From IMG/VR virus record IMGVR_UViG_3300012668_000143, positions 26,403-90,402 of that record: a stretch of 64,000 nt of DNA; one strand, given 5' to 3'. This DNA is from a virus. A program made the position numbers and the translations under genes. The notes under the pieces were generated by a model. That model was not told the DNA's origin. It searched no databases and worked only from the letters and a program-made list of their open reading frames with translations. Below, in pieces: positions 45,034 through 54,713 of the stretch; within the stretch, counting starts at the first letter, position 1; every line of letters begins with the position of its first letter.

Positions 45034-45359
45034 TAACACGTCAAATTCAACGACGCAAGCGCATCTTCGAGTCTCCCGCATTTCTCGCCGCGCAGTCCGC
45101 GCGGTTCCACGCCGAGGTCGTTGCAATGCGTCACAAGGTTTGTGCAAATCTGTTGTTGGCGAGATAGGTCTGACTTGGACGTGCTCTTGCGCTCGCGTAA
45201 TTGTTCCAGCGTTGCTAGATGCCACTCAGTTGCAGAAGCCAGCACAATCGCCAATTGCCGCGCAGCGGCCTCTGGCGTGCGGTTCTTGAAAAGCGGAGAT
45301 TCAGTCTTCCAATCCATATCGCCAATTGGTATTGATTCAAAAAATTCGCTCAGCGTCAT
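45033..45359 (-). CDS. Hypothetical protein
   Basis: Translationally coupled between the partition genes and repA. Confidence 0.65.
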   Translation of the reverse strand: MTLSEFFESIPIGDMDWKTESPLFKNRTPEAAARQLAIVLASATEWHLATLEQLRERKSTSKSDLSRQQQICTNLVTHCNDLGVEPRGLRGEKCGRLEDALASLNLTC

Positions 45360-45592
45360 TGGATGCGCTCCATCTTTTCCGCTGCGCTCAGAACAATGAA
45401 CGCACTTCGACTAATACCAAGCCGTCGTGCGCATTGGTCAATTCTGGTCAACAAGCGGGAAGGAATGCGGATCATGGTCGGCGTGCGGCGATCTCGTTCG
45501 TCTCCGTCCGCCGGTTTCCCGGCCTTGGAGATAAAAGCCTCTGCCTGCCGTTCTTTAACGGTGTTGCCGTTGGGATTCTTAGCGATTGCCAT
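45356..45592 (-). CDS. RHH centromere-binding partner of ParA (ParG/CopG-like)
   Basis: Flexible N-terminus plus TMIRIPSRLLTRIDQCARRLGISRSAFI; overlaps the parA end. Confidence 0.75.
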   Translation of the reverse strand: MAIAKNPNGNTVKERQAEAFISKAGKPADGDERDRRTPTMIRIPSRLLTRIDQCARRLGISRSAFIVLSAAEKMERIQ

Positions 45593-46259
45593 GTAACCTC
45601 GATACGCTATCATTTGTATATACAAGTGCAACAGATAGAAATGCGACAAGCCGAGCCATTTCGTCGGTCGCTTTTGGGTCGTCGTGGGATTCGAGAACGG
45701 ACAAGCCCATAGCTGCCGCGTTCGGGAAAGCTTTGCGGCGTCCAATAGTGACGGGGGCAACATCAAGTCCGGCAATTTCCGCCAAGGCGTCAAGCGTTGC
45801 CTGGTTGTCTCTGCCCTGCGGGTCGGCCTCGTTAAGAACCGCGATGGCGCGCAGGGCGTCGTTTATTTCCCGAGCTTCAACTACCAATGAGGCGGTCTGT
45901 TCGGTGCGCCACAAGTCGAAGCTACGCGGTTTGACGGGTATCAATACGGTATCCGCCACGGTGAGGGCCGCGCGCAAGCTTCCGGTCGCGTCCTCCCCGC
46001 CTATATCAATCACGATGTTCGAATACTTGGCGGCGAGCTGTCTAGCTTGGGTGCGGATGCTTGCCCCTTGCAAGGCCACGGCGGTATAACCGGCCCGTTT
46101 CTTCGCTTGGGTGCGAAGGTTCGTAAAGCTGAGCGCCGTCCCTTCGGCGTCAATCAGCAACACGTCGCGGCCCTGATTGGCAAGCGCAATGGTGAGGTTG
46201 ACGGCAAGGGTTGTCTTACCGACGCCGCCTTTGAGATTTCCGACGGCGTAAATAGGCAT
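45579..46259 (-). CDS. parA: ParA partition ATPase, short type Ib
   Basis: Deviant Walker A KGGVGKTT, IVIDIGG, ADTVLIPV..RSFDLW; no N-terminal HTH. Confidence 0.92.
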   Translation of the reverse strand: MPIYAVGNLKGGVGKTTLAVNLTIALANQGRDVLLIDAEGTALSFTNLRTQAKKRAGYTAVALQGASIRTQARQLAAKYSNIVIDIGGEDATGSLRAALTVADTVLIPVKPRSFDLWRTEQTASLVVEAREINDALRAIAVLNEADPQGRDNQATLDALAEIAGLDVAPVTIGRRKAFPNAAAMGLSVLESHDDPKATDEMARLVAFLSVALVYTNDSVSRLHGNR

Positions 46260-46460
46260 GTATGCGCTCCGGGTGCGGTGAGATTGACAACGTACGAACA
46301 TACGCAATCATAGCGATATACGAGCGATATGTCAATGCGTTTTGGAGTAGTGACTCACCCCCTCGGCGGCACAACCCGCGCCCGCCGACGGCAGGGTGTA
46401 CAGCGCTGCGCCGATCCTGATCTACATGGTGACTCTAACCAGTCGTGGCGGCATAATCTT

Positions 46461-46760
46461 TCAATAATCCCATTTTTCTACGCGCGGCTTCGCGCCCTGT
46501 GACTCTATCCACGGCAGTAGTTTGGCCGTGAAGCAACTAGGGCAGATATCGACAATTGTTCTAACTCCGTGTCCGCTCTCCGGATAATTAACGCCGTCCT
46601 CAAGTTGAATGGTGGCGAAATATTTATCGTATCCATGTACCCCGCGCCAATCCTCTCGGTCGTCTGTCGTGGCGCCGCACAGGTCGCATGAGATATGAGA
46701 AAACAGATGTACCTCATGCGCCGGAACATCTGGCACGATGACGCTTTTTGTATATTCCAT
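46461..46760 (-). CDS. Hypothetical Cys-motif protein
   Basis: CDLC and DICPSCF..KLLPWIES; flanked by an 11-bp direct repeat. Confidence 0.7.
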   Translation of the reverse strand: MEYTKSVIVPDVPAHEVHLFSHISCDLCGATTDDREDWRGVHGYDKYFATIQLEDGVNYPESGHGVRTIVDICPSCFTAKLLPWIESQGAKPRVEKWDY

Positions 46761-46953
46761 GTCAAATCCTTAGAGGCGTGGCGGCATTGGTATATTTTTA
46801 ATTTGGTGGAATTACACCAGATTAAACTCAGCGAGTTCATCAGCAGATAACTATTATTATCTGCTAAGCGTTTCATGTGCGAGAAGTGGCCTGATGGAAA
46901 ACTCGAATATGAGTTTTGCAATGTTTTCAGTTACTTAGAACGCAAGGCACCGT

Positions 46954-47268
46954 TCAATGAATACTAGGCTGAATACGGCGAGCCTGTTCAACCAGTTTCT
47001 CCGTGTGCACGGCTGGAATGGCGAGGAATGCCTGGGCGTGCTTGGTAGGGATCGTAAGCAGCAGAATCGGCCACTCGCACGTCGGTGGCATTCCTCGCAA
47101 CAACGCCTTAGCAGTTATTTTGTAGGTGCCAGCCTCTTTCGGTGAGGCCAATACCGGAGGCTGATCGGCCATAATAATGACGAAACGATGCCCATCAGGG
47201 AGCCGCAACGTCACTTCTACATCAGGCGAGCCAATCGCAACTGCACAGGTTGTTTTGACATTACTCAT
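46954..47268 (-). CDS. Hypothetical protein
   Basis: Clean ORF in the leftward direction. Confidence 0.45.
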   Translation of the reverse strand: MSNVKTTCAVAIGSPDVEVTLRLPDGHRFVIIMADQPPVLASPKEAGTYKITAKALLRGMPPTCEWPILLLTIPTKHAQAFLAIPAVHTEKLVEQARRIQPSIH

Positions 47269-47464
47269 CGCTCAGCTTCCAGGCCAAAGATGCGTCAATC
47301 GTTTCCGCAAACGTCGCGCCCGGCTCAAATCGCAACTTGTCCCCGACCACTGGAACGCCGGCGCGCTTCAGATGAACATAGACCGTTTGCCACGGCAAGC
47401 CAACGTCGTTTGCTGCTAATTTCAGGTTCTTGTGTTTCTCGTAAGCGTCTATAACGGCCTGCAT
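47261..47464 (-). pseudogene. Probable truncated phage HTH protein
   Basis: NLKLAANDVGLPWQTVYVHLKRAGVPVVGDK resembles the N-terminus of a longer phage family (from memory); stops soon after. Confidence 0.35.
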
Positions 47465-47559
47465 GCGTTCAAAGACTCCGATGTGGTTTTGCAATGACGT
47501 TATTGTGATTCAAAAAGCAGTACTTGTCAACCCCTTTTGGAATCACATATACTTACCGC

Positions 47560-47739
47560 ATGGAAGACTCAAAAAACATTGGAGGCAGGCCCACGAAGCC
47601 GGACGCAGAAAAGCTAGTGCAACGCTCGTTACGTTTGACTCCGGCACAATGGGCCAAGTACGACGCGGAGGGAGGCATTGCTTGGCTGCGCAAACTCATT
47701 GATCGAGCGCGGTCAACAGTCAGTAAAAACCTTGGCTAG
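47560..47739 (+). CDS. Small RHH-like DNA-binding protein
   Basis: GGRP....[16 protein letters not shown]...[11 protein letters not shown]; paralogue of 39777-39950. Confidence 0.7.
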   Translation: MEDSKNIGGRPTKPDAEKLVQRSLRLTPAQWAKYDAEGGIAWLRKLIDRARSTVSKNLG

Positions 47740-48206
47740 AATGGGACGTCCAGATCGTCTGGCATGTCATCAAATGATCCCCCCGTCTGCTTCGCCGGAG
47801 TTCGCACAGTTCCTCCTGCCGGCGCGCTCTTGCGCTCTGCTGGCTTATCCGCTGAAGCGCCGCTGCGCTCGCCGGGCGATCCGAGCATTTGCATCGTGTC
47901 CGCACGAATCTCTGTCGTGTATCGATCCTGACCGTCCTTGCCTTGCCACTTGCGCGTTTGGAGCTTGCCTTCGATGTAGACGGATGATCCTTTCTTCAAA
48001 TATTGGCTCGCCACTTCAGCGGTTTTTCCAAACATCACAACGCGATGCCATTCGGTATTTTCTTTGCTTTCCCCAGTGGCTTTGTCGCGCCACTTGTCCG
48101 TCGTGGCAACGCTGATATTGGTTAGTGCGTCGCCAGAAGGAAGGTATCTGGCCTCCGGGTCTTGCCCCAGATGTCCGATGATGGTTACGCGGTTTACTGA
48201 AGCCAT
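47736..48206 (-). CDS. ssb: Single-stranded DNA-binding protein
   Basis: [35 protein letters not shown], acidic tail DDLDVPF. Confidence 0.97.
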   Translation of the reverse strand: MASVNRVTIIGHLGQDPEARYLPSGDALTNISVATTDKWRDKATGESKENTEWHRVVMFGKTAEVASQYLKKGSSVYIEGKLQTRKWQGKDGQDRYTTEIRADTMQMLGSPGERSGASADKPAERKSAPAGGTVRTPAKQTGGSFDDMPDDLDVPF

Positions 48207-48335
48207 GAATGTCCTTTGTTGACGCGCCGCCTAGACACGGCGCTAATGAGCGAAAGCGTATTTATACATAGGTGCCGGGCGCTACTCCGGCTGGTCTCTT
48301 GGGTATCCGGGGACTCCCACCCCGGCTGTAGCGCA

Positions 48336-49490
48336 CTACTTGTCGGCCGACAACTCCCGATACCGCATCGACAACTCCTTCCGCTGCTGCTCGTCTGGAA
48401 TGTTCTCTACGGTGATAAGCGTGGCCGCGTCATCACGCGCCTGCTGGCTGGTTGCCTCATCGAGCGCGTCCATGATGGTCGGGTACATTGCGCCGACCGG
48501 CGCGACTGGGGTTGGCTGCTTGGCTTGGCGCGGTTTAGCCTCGGTCTTCGGTTTGTCAGCGTCCGGCTGTTCCTGCGCACCGCCGCCCGTCTGCGCCTTG
48601 TTATCCAATACCTCGCGCCACGTCGTCTCGCCGTCCTTGATCGCGCCCCAGGTCGAGAATAGATCGGTCATTTCCTGCGGCGAACACGAGTCTAGCGAGT
48701 GCCCGAGATAAGCCACAAGATCGCTCGCCTTGACGTTGATCGAGCCATAGGCATCGACCATCTTTTTGCGCGCCGCGTCCGGGTCTTTGGCTGCTTCGTC
48801 TCGCCGAATTGCCTTGATTATGTCCTCTGCCTCATCCTGCAAGTCGCCCGGAATGATGCGCAGGCCGAGCGTGCGGATGGCCTTCGAGACGAGCGCGGCG
48901 CGCTTGTTCAATAGATCGTCGTCAGTCCCAACCACGGTATAGACCGGCTTGTTGTAGCTGTTCATCCGCACGGCGAAAAAACTGCCGTCGTCGGCAGGCT
49001 TTGAACGCTCGACCGTTTTTGAGACGCGAATATCTTGCGGGTAGGTGACGTTAGACTCCAGATCGGTCACGGTCACGCGATGGATTTCCTTTTCCGCATC
49101 CTCATAGATCATCGTCGTTTCGGTCAGCACATTCGTCATGCACCGAAAGGCGACTTCCACGAAGCGGATGCCGAGACCTTCCACGCCATTGCCGATTGGC
49201 TTGCGATAGAACGCGCTTTTGTTGTTGGCGAAACTCGGGCGCCTGCATTCCCGCAAGAGGGTTTGCCGCACTTGATCCCAATCGCGCGGGCGCTGCATCG
49301 CCATGACGTAGCGCGCCTCGACCATTGCCTTCGCTTGGGCGGCGACCGCTACGGCGGCGTTTTCACTGCTGGCACGATGTTCTGTTGCGCCGAACTCGGT
49401 GCGGACGGCGATGGCATTGTTGCCGTTAGAGGGCGGCTGGGCGCTGCCGCTTATTTGACGGAGCGCATTGGATGCTGATGGGACTGCCAT
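48336..49490 (-). CDS. Putative phage recombination (single-strand annealing) protein
   Basis: Between YqaJ exonuclease and ssb, the usual position of an annealing protein; FYRKPIGNGVEGLGIRF. Family not established. Confidence 0.55.
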   Translation of the reverse strand: MAVPSASNALRQISGSAQPPSNGNNAIAVRTEFGATEHRASSENAAVAVAAQAKAMVEARYVMAMQRPRDWDQVRQTLLRECRRPSFANNKSAFYRKPIGNGVEGLGIRFVEVAFRCMTNVLTETTMIYEDAEKEIHRVTVTDLESNVTYPQDIRVSKTVERSKPADDGSFFAVRMNSYNKPVYTVVGTDDDLLNKRAALVSKAIRTLGLRIIPGDLQDEAEDIIKAIRRDEAAKDPDAARKKMVDAYGSINVKASDLVAYLGHSLDSCSPQEMTDLFSTWGAIKDGETTWREVLDNKAQTGGGAQEQPDADKPKTEAKPRQAKQPTPVAPVGAMYPTIMDALDEATSQQARDDAATLITVENIPDEQQRKELSMRYRELSADK

Positions 49491-49493
49491 GGA

Positions 49494-50384
49494 CTACCTT
49501 TCGTTGTGGGCGAGACGTAAGACGCGGGAAGCGCCGGTTTTGGTGAATCTGGTGTAAATCTCTGGCTCCTCAATCTTGAGCCGATCCGTATCCAATCGGC
49601 GCGATTTCTGACTGCGCCAAGTGGCAAGCGTCTGCCCGTCATAGACCAGCGACGTGTTATCGCCGATGAACCGACCGACGCGCAGCTTCAGCCGCGACTC
49701 GTCGGTTTCAAGGTCTTTGATCTGCTGCTTTACGTCGCGCAGGTCGGCCACGGCATCAGCAATCGCGCCGTCGGCCTCGATGCTGGTGCCTGTGTCTTTG
49801 GGAAATAGTTTAATAACGTCTGCGAATGTACGCGGGTCTGGCGGAACAATGGAAAGAACGTGCTCGCTCCAGAATTGAATCGCCCGTGCTCGCATACCGG
49901 ATATCGTTACATCGTCACGTTCAATGCGGTAGATGCGGAAATCATCGAAACCAATCATTGCTAAAACGTAGCAAAGATCGCGACCTGTCACACCTAGGCC
50001 GTGCATCGCTTGGGCGGCAACATAGATGGGGATAGCATCTTCGCCTTGTGGCCCCCAATCGCCTGCCGCGAGCGGATGGCACGTCTTGATTTCGATATTT
50101 GCGTCTGCTGTCTCAGCGTCAATTTCTGCTTTGATGAATGAATGTTCCTGATCTACATAGCGCTCATTGCGCTTCACAATGGCAAGACCTGTTTCGTGTT
50201 CAAATAATTCTGCGGCAAACGGCTCAATCTTTTTTCTGCGATTGAAGAAGCGTTCTTGTTCATCAGTTATTGGCTCGGTCAATCCCATAATGGTTAGATA
50301 CTCGTCCAATGGAGTCTTGTATGGTGATATACCGAGAATGCCGGCGATGTTTCCACCGCCGATGTAGTAGCGATCATTCGACAT
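49494..50384 (-). CDS. YqaJ / lambda-exonuclease family nuclease
   Basis: YIGGGNIAGILGISPYKTP, EIDAE...IEIKT, QAMHGLGVTG. Confidence 0.92.
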   Translation of the reverse strand: MSNDRYYIGGGNIAGILGISPYKTPLDEYLTIMGLTEPITDEQERFFNRRKKIEPFAAELFEHETGLAIVKRNERYVDQEHSFIKAEIDAETADANIEIKTCHPLAAGDWGPQGEDAIPIYVAAQAMHGLGVTGRDLCYVLAMIGFDDFRIYRIERDDVTISGMRARAIQFWSEHVLSIVPPDPRTFADVIKLFPKDTGTSIEADGAIADAVADLRDVKQQIKDLETDESRLKLRVGRFIGDNTSLVYDGQTLATWRSQKSRRLDTDRLKIEEPEIYTRFTKTGASRVLRLAHNER

Positions 50385-50387
50385 GGG

Positions 50388-50999
50388 TTATCGCGCTCCT
50401 GTAGGCTGCGACCGTTTGCGGCGAAGTGCCTCGGAAATATTGCGTTTATGCTCCTCTGTCCTAGGAGCACGCCTCTTGCCTGTAGCGGCAGCGGACATGC
50501 GCCGCCTCGTCTCTTCGCTACATGGTGGGCGACCCATGTTTAACTCTGACAACTTCTTCTTATTGGCGTCAGACCATACAGTGGGCCGCTGAAGCCCAAG
50601 CGCATAAGCATGTCGCATGTTTTCACTTTGCGACACCCATTCAAGATTGTCAGCGCAATTATTAAGTTTCACTCCATCTATATGATTAACTTGCTTCTTT
50701 CCATCCGGGTTCGGCACAAATGCAAGAGCGACAAGCCTATGAACAGATTGTCTGTGGTCTTTACCTAGCTTTATCTGCGCATATCCACGAGACGTGACTG
50801 ATGGTGCCAATATGCGATTGCGTCTAATCGAGAACACTAGTCCTTCTGATGAGATCGCATAATCTGTCCTTTGATCTACGCGCTTCCATATTTCGCCATG
50901 CCGCCATTTGGAGTAGGGCTGCTCGTGGGAGAGGAGCGAAAGCGCGGCGTCGATCGACTGCGGCGCGTGGATGATGGATGGGGCGAGTACGGCGCTCAT
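50388..50999 (-). CDS. HNH homing endonuclease (NUMOD4-HNH-NUMOD3-like)
   Basis: EIWKRV...YAISSEG, VHRLVALAFVPNPDGKKQVNHIDGVKLNNCADNLEWVSQSENMRHA, SEETRRRMS. Confidence 0.92.
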   Translation of the reverse strand: MSAVLAPSIIHAPQSIDAALSLLSHEQPYSKWRHGEIWKRVDQRTDYAISSEGLVFSIRRNRILAPSVTSRGYAQIKLGKDHRQSVHRLVALAFVPNPDGKKQVNHIDGVKLNNCADNLEWVSQSENMRHAYALGLQRPTVWSDANKKKLSELNMGRPPCSEETRRRMSAAATGKRRAPRTEEHKRNISEALRRKRSQPTGAR

Positions 51000-51074
51000 T
51001 TGGGTGCCTCTACATGAACATCGTCGCAAGGACAACGCCGAGAACGAAGCAGGCGACCCCTGTATAGACAAGGC

Positions 51075-51284
51075 TTAGGGCTTGCGCGGAGTCCATTGCG
51101 GGAAGCGGAATGGGTGCGGGCCGGAGACATGTGCTCGATGGGCAGTGCGCGTGTGCTGCTGCGAATGATGGCAAAGCCAGCGATCACCCAGAAACGCGAT
51201 GGCGCGCTTGATCTTCAGCGCGTGGCGAAATTCGCGTGAGTCTTTGAGCAGTGCTTGGCGCTCTTGGTGGGCATGGTCGGTCAT
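51075..51284 (-). CDS. Hypothetical protein
   Basis: Short ORF with AIAFLGDRWLCH. Confidence 0.5.
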   Translation of the reverse strand: MTDHAHQERQALLKDSREFRHALKIKRAIAFLGDRWLCHHSQQHTRTAHRAHVSGPHPFRFPQWTPRKP

Positions 51285-51630
51285 GGCGTCCCCTTCTTTG
51301 GCAGCAAACGCATGGACTCAAGTTCTGCCATGCATTCGTCATATGACAGAAGCGGTCTACGTACTATTTCAAGCGCTACTTCCTTCGCGCGGTAGAAGCC
51401 TCTTTCTTCTGCCGCATCCATTGCCTTCACGAAGGCTTCTTCATCGGTCATTGCGTCTCCCTATAAGACAGTGGCCGCGCAACAGAGCGTAGCCGATGTT
51501 GACTCGGCAAATCGAGACTCAATCGAGCCGCGTCCGTGTCCGCCCGGCGCTCAAGGAACATGCCGGCGAGGATTCCTGCGACGATCAGGCCAAAGAAAAC
51601 GAAGAGGAGCAGGGCGAGCATGGCTGGCAA

Positions 51631-51915
51631 TCAAAGTGCGCTGTACCGAGAATCGGCGATAGCCTCGCGCCAATCCATAATGCGTGGATCAATAGATTTA
51701 TCATCGATGGCGCGCACTTGCATGAATGTTTCTAGCGCCTTAACCATTGGCCCTGCATCGTCGTATCCACTAACGGTCAAACGCTCATCGCGTGTCGTGA
51801 GGAATCCGCAGAAATCGAATAGCGCTCCGAGTATCAGGGCGATATTGGCCCGCTCATCCCGCTCGCTCTGCGCTGCGACGCGAGACGTTGGCGTCAGATT
51901 CAATTCGTCGCTCAT
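51631..51915 (-). CDS. Hypothetical protein
   Basis: ATGA-coupled; ILGALFDFCGFLTT. Confidence 0.65.
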   Translation of the reverse strand: MSDELNLTPTSRVAAQSERDERANIALILGALFDFCGFLTTRDERLTVSGYDDAGPMVKALETFMQVRAIDDKSIDPRIMDWREAIADSRYSAL

Positions 51916-52331
51916 AGCCGCTCCACCAATTCGTCATCGGCCTCATCGTCGGCTTCTTTCTCAAGATCGAGCGTGGCCTGATGCTTGATCGCAGCCTCGA
52001 CTAGTGCCCGGAAGTACATGCCTAGCGCCAGATCGCTTACGCCAGTGCGCGCGGCGGCGCGCATCAGCTTTGCGAAGCGGACGTTAAGCGGCGCCTCGTA
52101 ACTAATATGCTCAATGATGTCTTCGTGATGATGCCGGTCGCGGCCGTAAAATTCGTATGGTGTTTCTGCGACGATCTCGGCCTTGATCTCGGCGATACGT
52201 TCCTCTAATGCGTAATTGCGGCCAATATCTTCCGGCTTGGCGAGCTGCACGCGCGGCGGCATGGGACGGACTGCCGAAGGATAGAGCGACATATGTTCTT
52301 CGAACGTCGCTTGCAGTAGGGCTGTGCTCAT
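51912..52331 (-). CDS. Hypothetical protein, first gene of the leftward early operon
   Basis: Clean ORF downstream of the OL-like sites. Confidence 0.6.
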   Translation of the reverse strand: MSTALLQATFEEHMSLYPSAVRPMPPRVQLAKPEDIGRNYALEERIAEIKAEIVAETPYEFYGRDRHHHEDIIEHISYEAPLNVRFAKLMRAAARTGVSDLALGMYFRALVEAAIKHQATLDLEKEADDEADDELVERL

Positions 52332-52580
52332 CGGGCTATTCCAAATGCGGATAAATTAACCGGGTGCCGATAAACCAGCCCGGACTAGTTGCCTCGAACC
52401 GCGCCAATCGGCTGCGCGGAGACATGAACATCAATGCGGTACTGCTTCTAGCCTTCCACCGTGCTTCTTCGTGCAAGCTACGTCTGTCGCTTAACGGCGA
52501 TATCCCAACATAGGGGACTGCGACTACGCGGTGGTTATTTCATCCGCTTCTGGTGTGAAGCGGATAGATGAATAGTAGCA

Positions 52581-52610
52581 CAAGATTAACTTGCAAACAA
52601 GCCCACCTTG
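52581..52610. promoter_or_regulatory. Left operator-like sites
   Basis: CAAG-ATTAA-CTTG (52581) and CAAG-CCCAC-CTTG (52598). Confidence 0.5.
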
Positions 52611-52892
52611 CATTTGCAGGCAAAATAAATCCGCCGAAGCGGATTGGTGTGGGTGGAGTGGATTTATGCCGTGGAGGAAGTCAATTCAGCGACCTCTAAA
52701 TGACATGCCTCTTCATACAGAGTGTCTATCATTTGCCGCGTGCGCGGTATTTGACCGGGGGCTGCAAGTGAGCCTATGCAGTTGACTAGGAAGGCGCCCG
52801 TGCAGCATTCGGCGACGTAGGCTAGTCCAGTTATTTCTCCTTTATCGACAAGGGTTGCGAGTTCCATCACTACGGCGAGGGTATCAAGGCAT

Positions 52893-53360
52893 TCAGCCTG
52901 CGTCGTTTGGCTGCGTTTGTTTCGCGGCATCGGGCTTCTTGTTGTCAAGTGTGGCGGAACCACGAGGCGGCGGATATTCAATCCCAATGAACACCTTGCC
53001 GCCGTTATTGCGATGGGCTTTTACATCTTGATCCAGAAACGGTCGTATTAAAGCAAAAATGTCGTGCGCGAGTCGAGCCGCATCGGACATTGCAGGGACT
53101 TCGTGGATTTCGCCAGATGCGCTTGTAATAGGCACATTGCGCTCTTCCCATCCGTCACCAGTGACGAGGCAGGAAAGAGATAATTTTAATCTATCTGCGA
53201 CGGCAGCCATGCGCGCGCGCACTGGTGCCGTGCCTTTCTCGCCTTCTGGCAGCTCCCATTGCTGCGCCGCCTGGTACGAAACGCCGCCAGCCGCGCCCAA
53301 TTCAGCCGGGGTCAGCCCTAGCTCTTTGCGGCGGATTCGAATTCTATCGTGAATATCCAT
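52893..53360 (-). CDS. CI-like XRE repressor lacking an S24 peptidase domain
   Basis: RIRIRRKELGLTPAELGAAGGVSYQAAQQWE HTH; divergent from the cro-like gene. Confidence 0.82.
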   Translation of the reverse strand: MDIHDRIRIRRKELGLTPAELGAAGGVSYQAAQQWELPEGEKGTAPVRARMAAVADRLKLSLSCLVTGDGWEERNVPITSASGEIHEVPAMSDAARLAHDIFALIRPFLDQDVKAHRNNGGKVFIGIEYPPPRGSATLDNKKPDAAKQTQPNDAG

Positions 53361-53375
53361 TAGGAAATTATAAAT

Positions 53376-53427
53376 ACAAGAAAATATTGTAGCAACGTAA
53401 TATGGTCTTGTGTCGCAAGCCCCGCTT
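53376..53427. promoter_or_regulatory. Right operator-like sites between cI and cro
   Basis: CAAG-AAAAT-ATTG (53376) and CAAG-CCCG-CTTG (53416), related to the left sites. Confidence 0.45.
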
Positions 53428-53443
53428 GTGTTAGAGTGAAGCC

Positions 53444-53731
53444 ATGACGACTAAAGACACATCTACTCCACCGGCCCCGCCAACGCCCGAAGAGATAGCC
53501 GCACAGCGAGCTGTCAAATTGCTTGGTGGAGCCGGGACTGTGGCGCGACTACTGAACATCAAACACTATCAAAGTGTGCAACAGTGGAAAACCGTGCCGC
53601 TGCGGTATATCCCAACAGTGGAACGGCTTACGCGGGAAAAGAAGCCGGACGACTACGTGAGGTGCGAGGAAATGATGCCTGGGGTCGAATGGCATTACCT
53701 CAGAGCTACGGCTGAGCAGGAGGCCGCATGA
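53444..53731 (+). CDS. Cro-like (YdaS family) regulator
   Basis: AVKLLGGAGTVARLLNI...SVQQW...P....PTVERLT....CEEMMPGVEWHYLR. Confidence 0.85.
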   Translation: MTTKDTSTPPAPPTPEEIAAQRAVKLLGGAGTVARLLNIKHYQSVQQWKTVPLRYIPTVERLTREKKPDDYVRCEEMMPGVEWHYLRATAEQEAA

Positions 53732-53742
53732 GCGTATCTTCA

Positions 53743-54120
53743 TCAACTCCTCGGCGTAAACGGCCCCTTATCCAGCACGCAGCGCAGCGCCGCGAGCTGA
53801 TCCAGCAGCACCCTTTCATTCGGCGGAATCTCGGCGCCTGGTGCAGACGATCTCGGCTGGAAGCCTGGCACGAGCAGTTGCCACGGCTCGATGCGGAACG
53901 CCTTGGCGACTTTCTCGATGAGTTTGGCGTTCGGCCATGTATTTGCATTGAGCGTGCGGCTGAGAGTTGCCTGTCCGATCCCGGTTTTTTTGCTCAATTT
54001 CTCCTGGGTGTCGAGCGCTGGGGTATACGCCATCAGTGTCCTGACGTTCTCTGCAATCGTGATTCGTAGGGGAATGACCTTAAAAAGTCTAGGTACTTTG
54101 TTCACTTTCCCATTGAACAT
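53743..54120 (-). CDS. Second XRE-family HTH regulator
   Basis: IAENVRTLM...TQEKLSKKTGIGQATLSRTLN....IEKVAKAFRIEPWQLLVP. Confidence 0.82.
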   Translation of the reverse strand: MFNGKVNKVPRLFKVIPLRITIAENVRTLMAYTPALDTQEKLSKKTGIGQATLSRTLNANTWPNAKLIEKVAKAFRIEPWQLLVPGFQPRSSAPGAEIPPNERVLLDQLAALRCVLDKGPFTPRS

Positions 54121-54202
54121 GAATTTTTTATCCTTTTGTCGTTAAGTTCTTCCACGCGCGGATAGTTTCCGGCGCAGCGACGCTCAATCAAACACAATTT
54201 TT

Positions 54203-54631
54203 TTGCATCCGAACATGGTTGATTCACCCCTTCAGCGCCGCCGAATTCCCCGTCCATCCTCTACAGGCGAGTGGGAAAAGTGGCAAAACGAGGCGCACGC
54301 GCTGCGCGTGATGGTGTCCCGCAGCGGCCTGATGGGTAAGGTCATCGCCGATCGGATCGGGACGCTGGAATCCATTTTGAGCAAGGCGCAGCAAAACGAT
54401 CCGCGCGCACGGCTTCAGGAAGAGCAGATCGACCGGCTAATGGACGTGTGCGAGTCCGAAGCGTGGCTGTTTTACTGGGTCGCCAAGCGGGGATACGACC
54501 CGGCGAGCTTGAAGAGGCGGCAAACGGAGGTCGAAGAGGAAAACGAATCGCTACGCGCGCAGATGGACGAAATGCGCAAGGAGCGGAAATTCACGCTTGA
54601 TTTGCTGCGGGATGCGCGGGGCGTGGCGTGA
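54203..54631 (+). CDS. CII-like phage regulator
   Basis: Position after cro; HTH-like core, WLFYW, C-terminal coiled coil. Confidence 0.55.
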   Translation: MHPNMVDSPLQRRRIPRPSSTGEWEKWQNEAHALRVMVSRSGLMGKVIADRIGTLESILSKAQQNDPRARLQEEQIDRLMDVCESEAWLFYWVAKRGYDPASLKRRQTEVEEENESLRAQMDEMRKERKFTLDLLRDARGVA

Positions 54632-54713
54632 GCGCGCTAGAAAGTGATCGCCGTCTCCTTCGCAATTTGCGGCAGCGCGTAGACCGAGCGCGGCTTAAAT
54701 CGCGGGGCGTGGC

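Noticed and set aside
46130-46165. ParA inactivated (LLIDAEGTA looks about two residues shorter than usual)
   Set aside because: Walker A and B are intact and the frame is preserved; natural variation cannot be excluded without an alignment.
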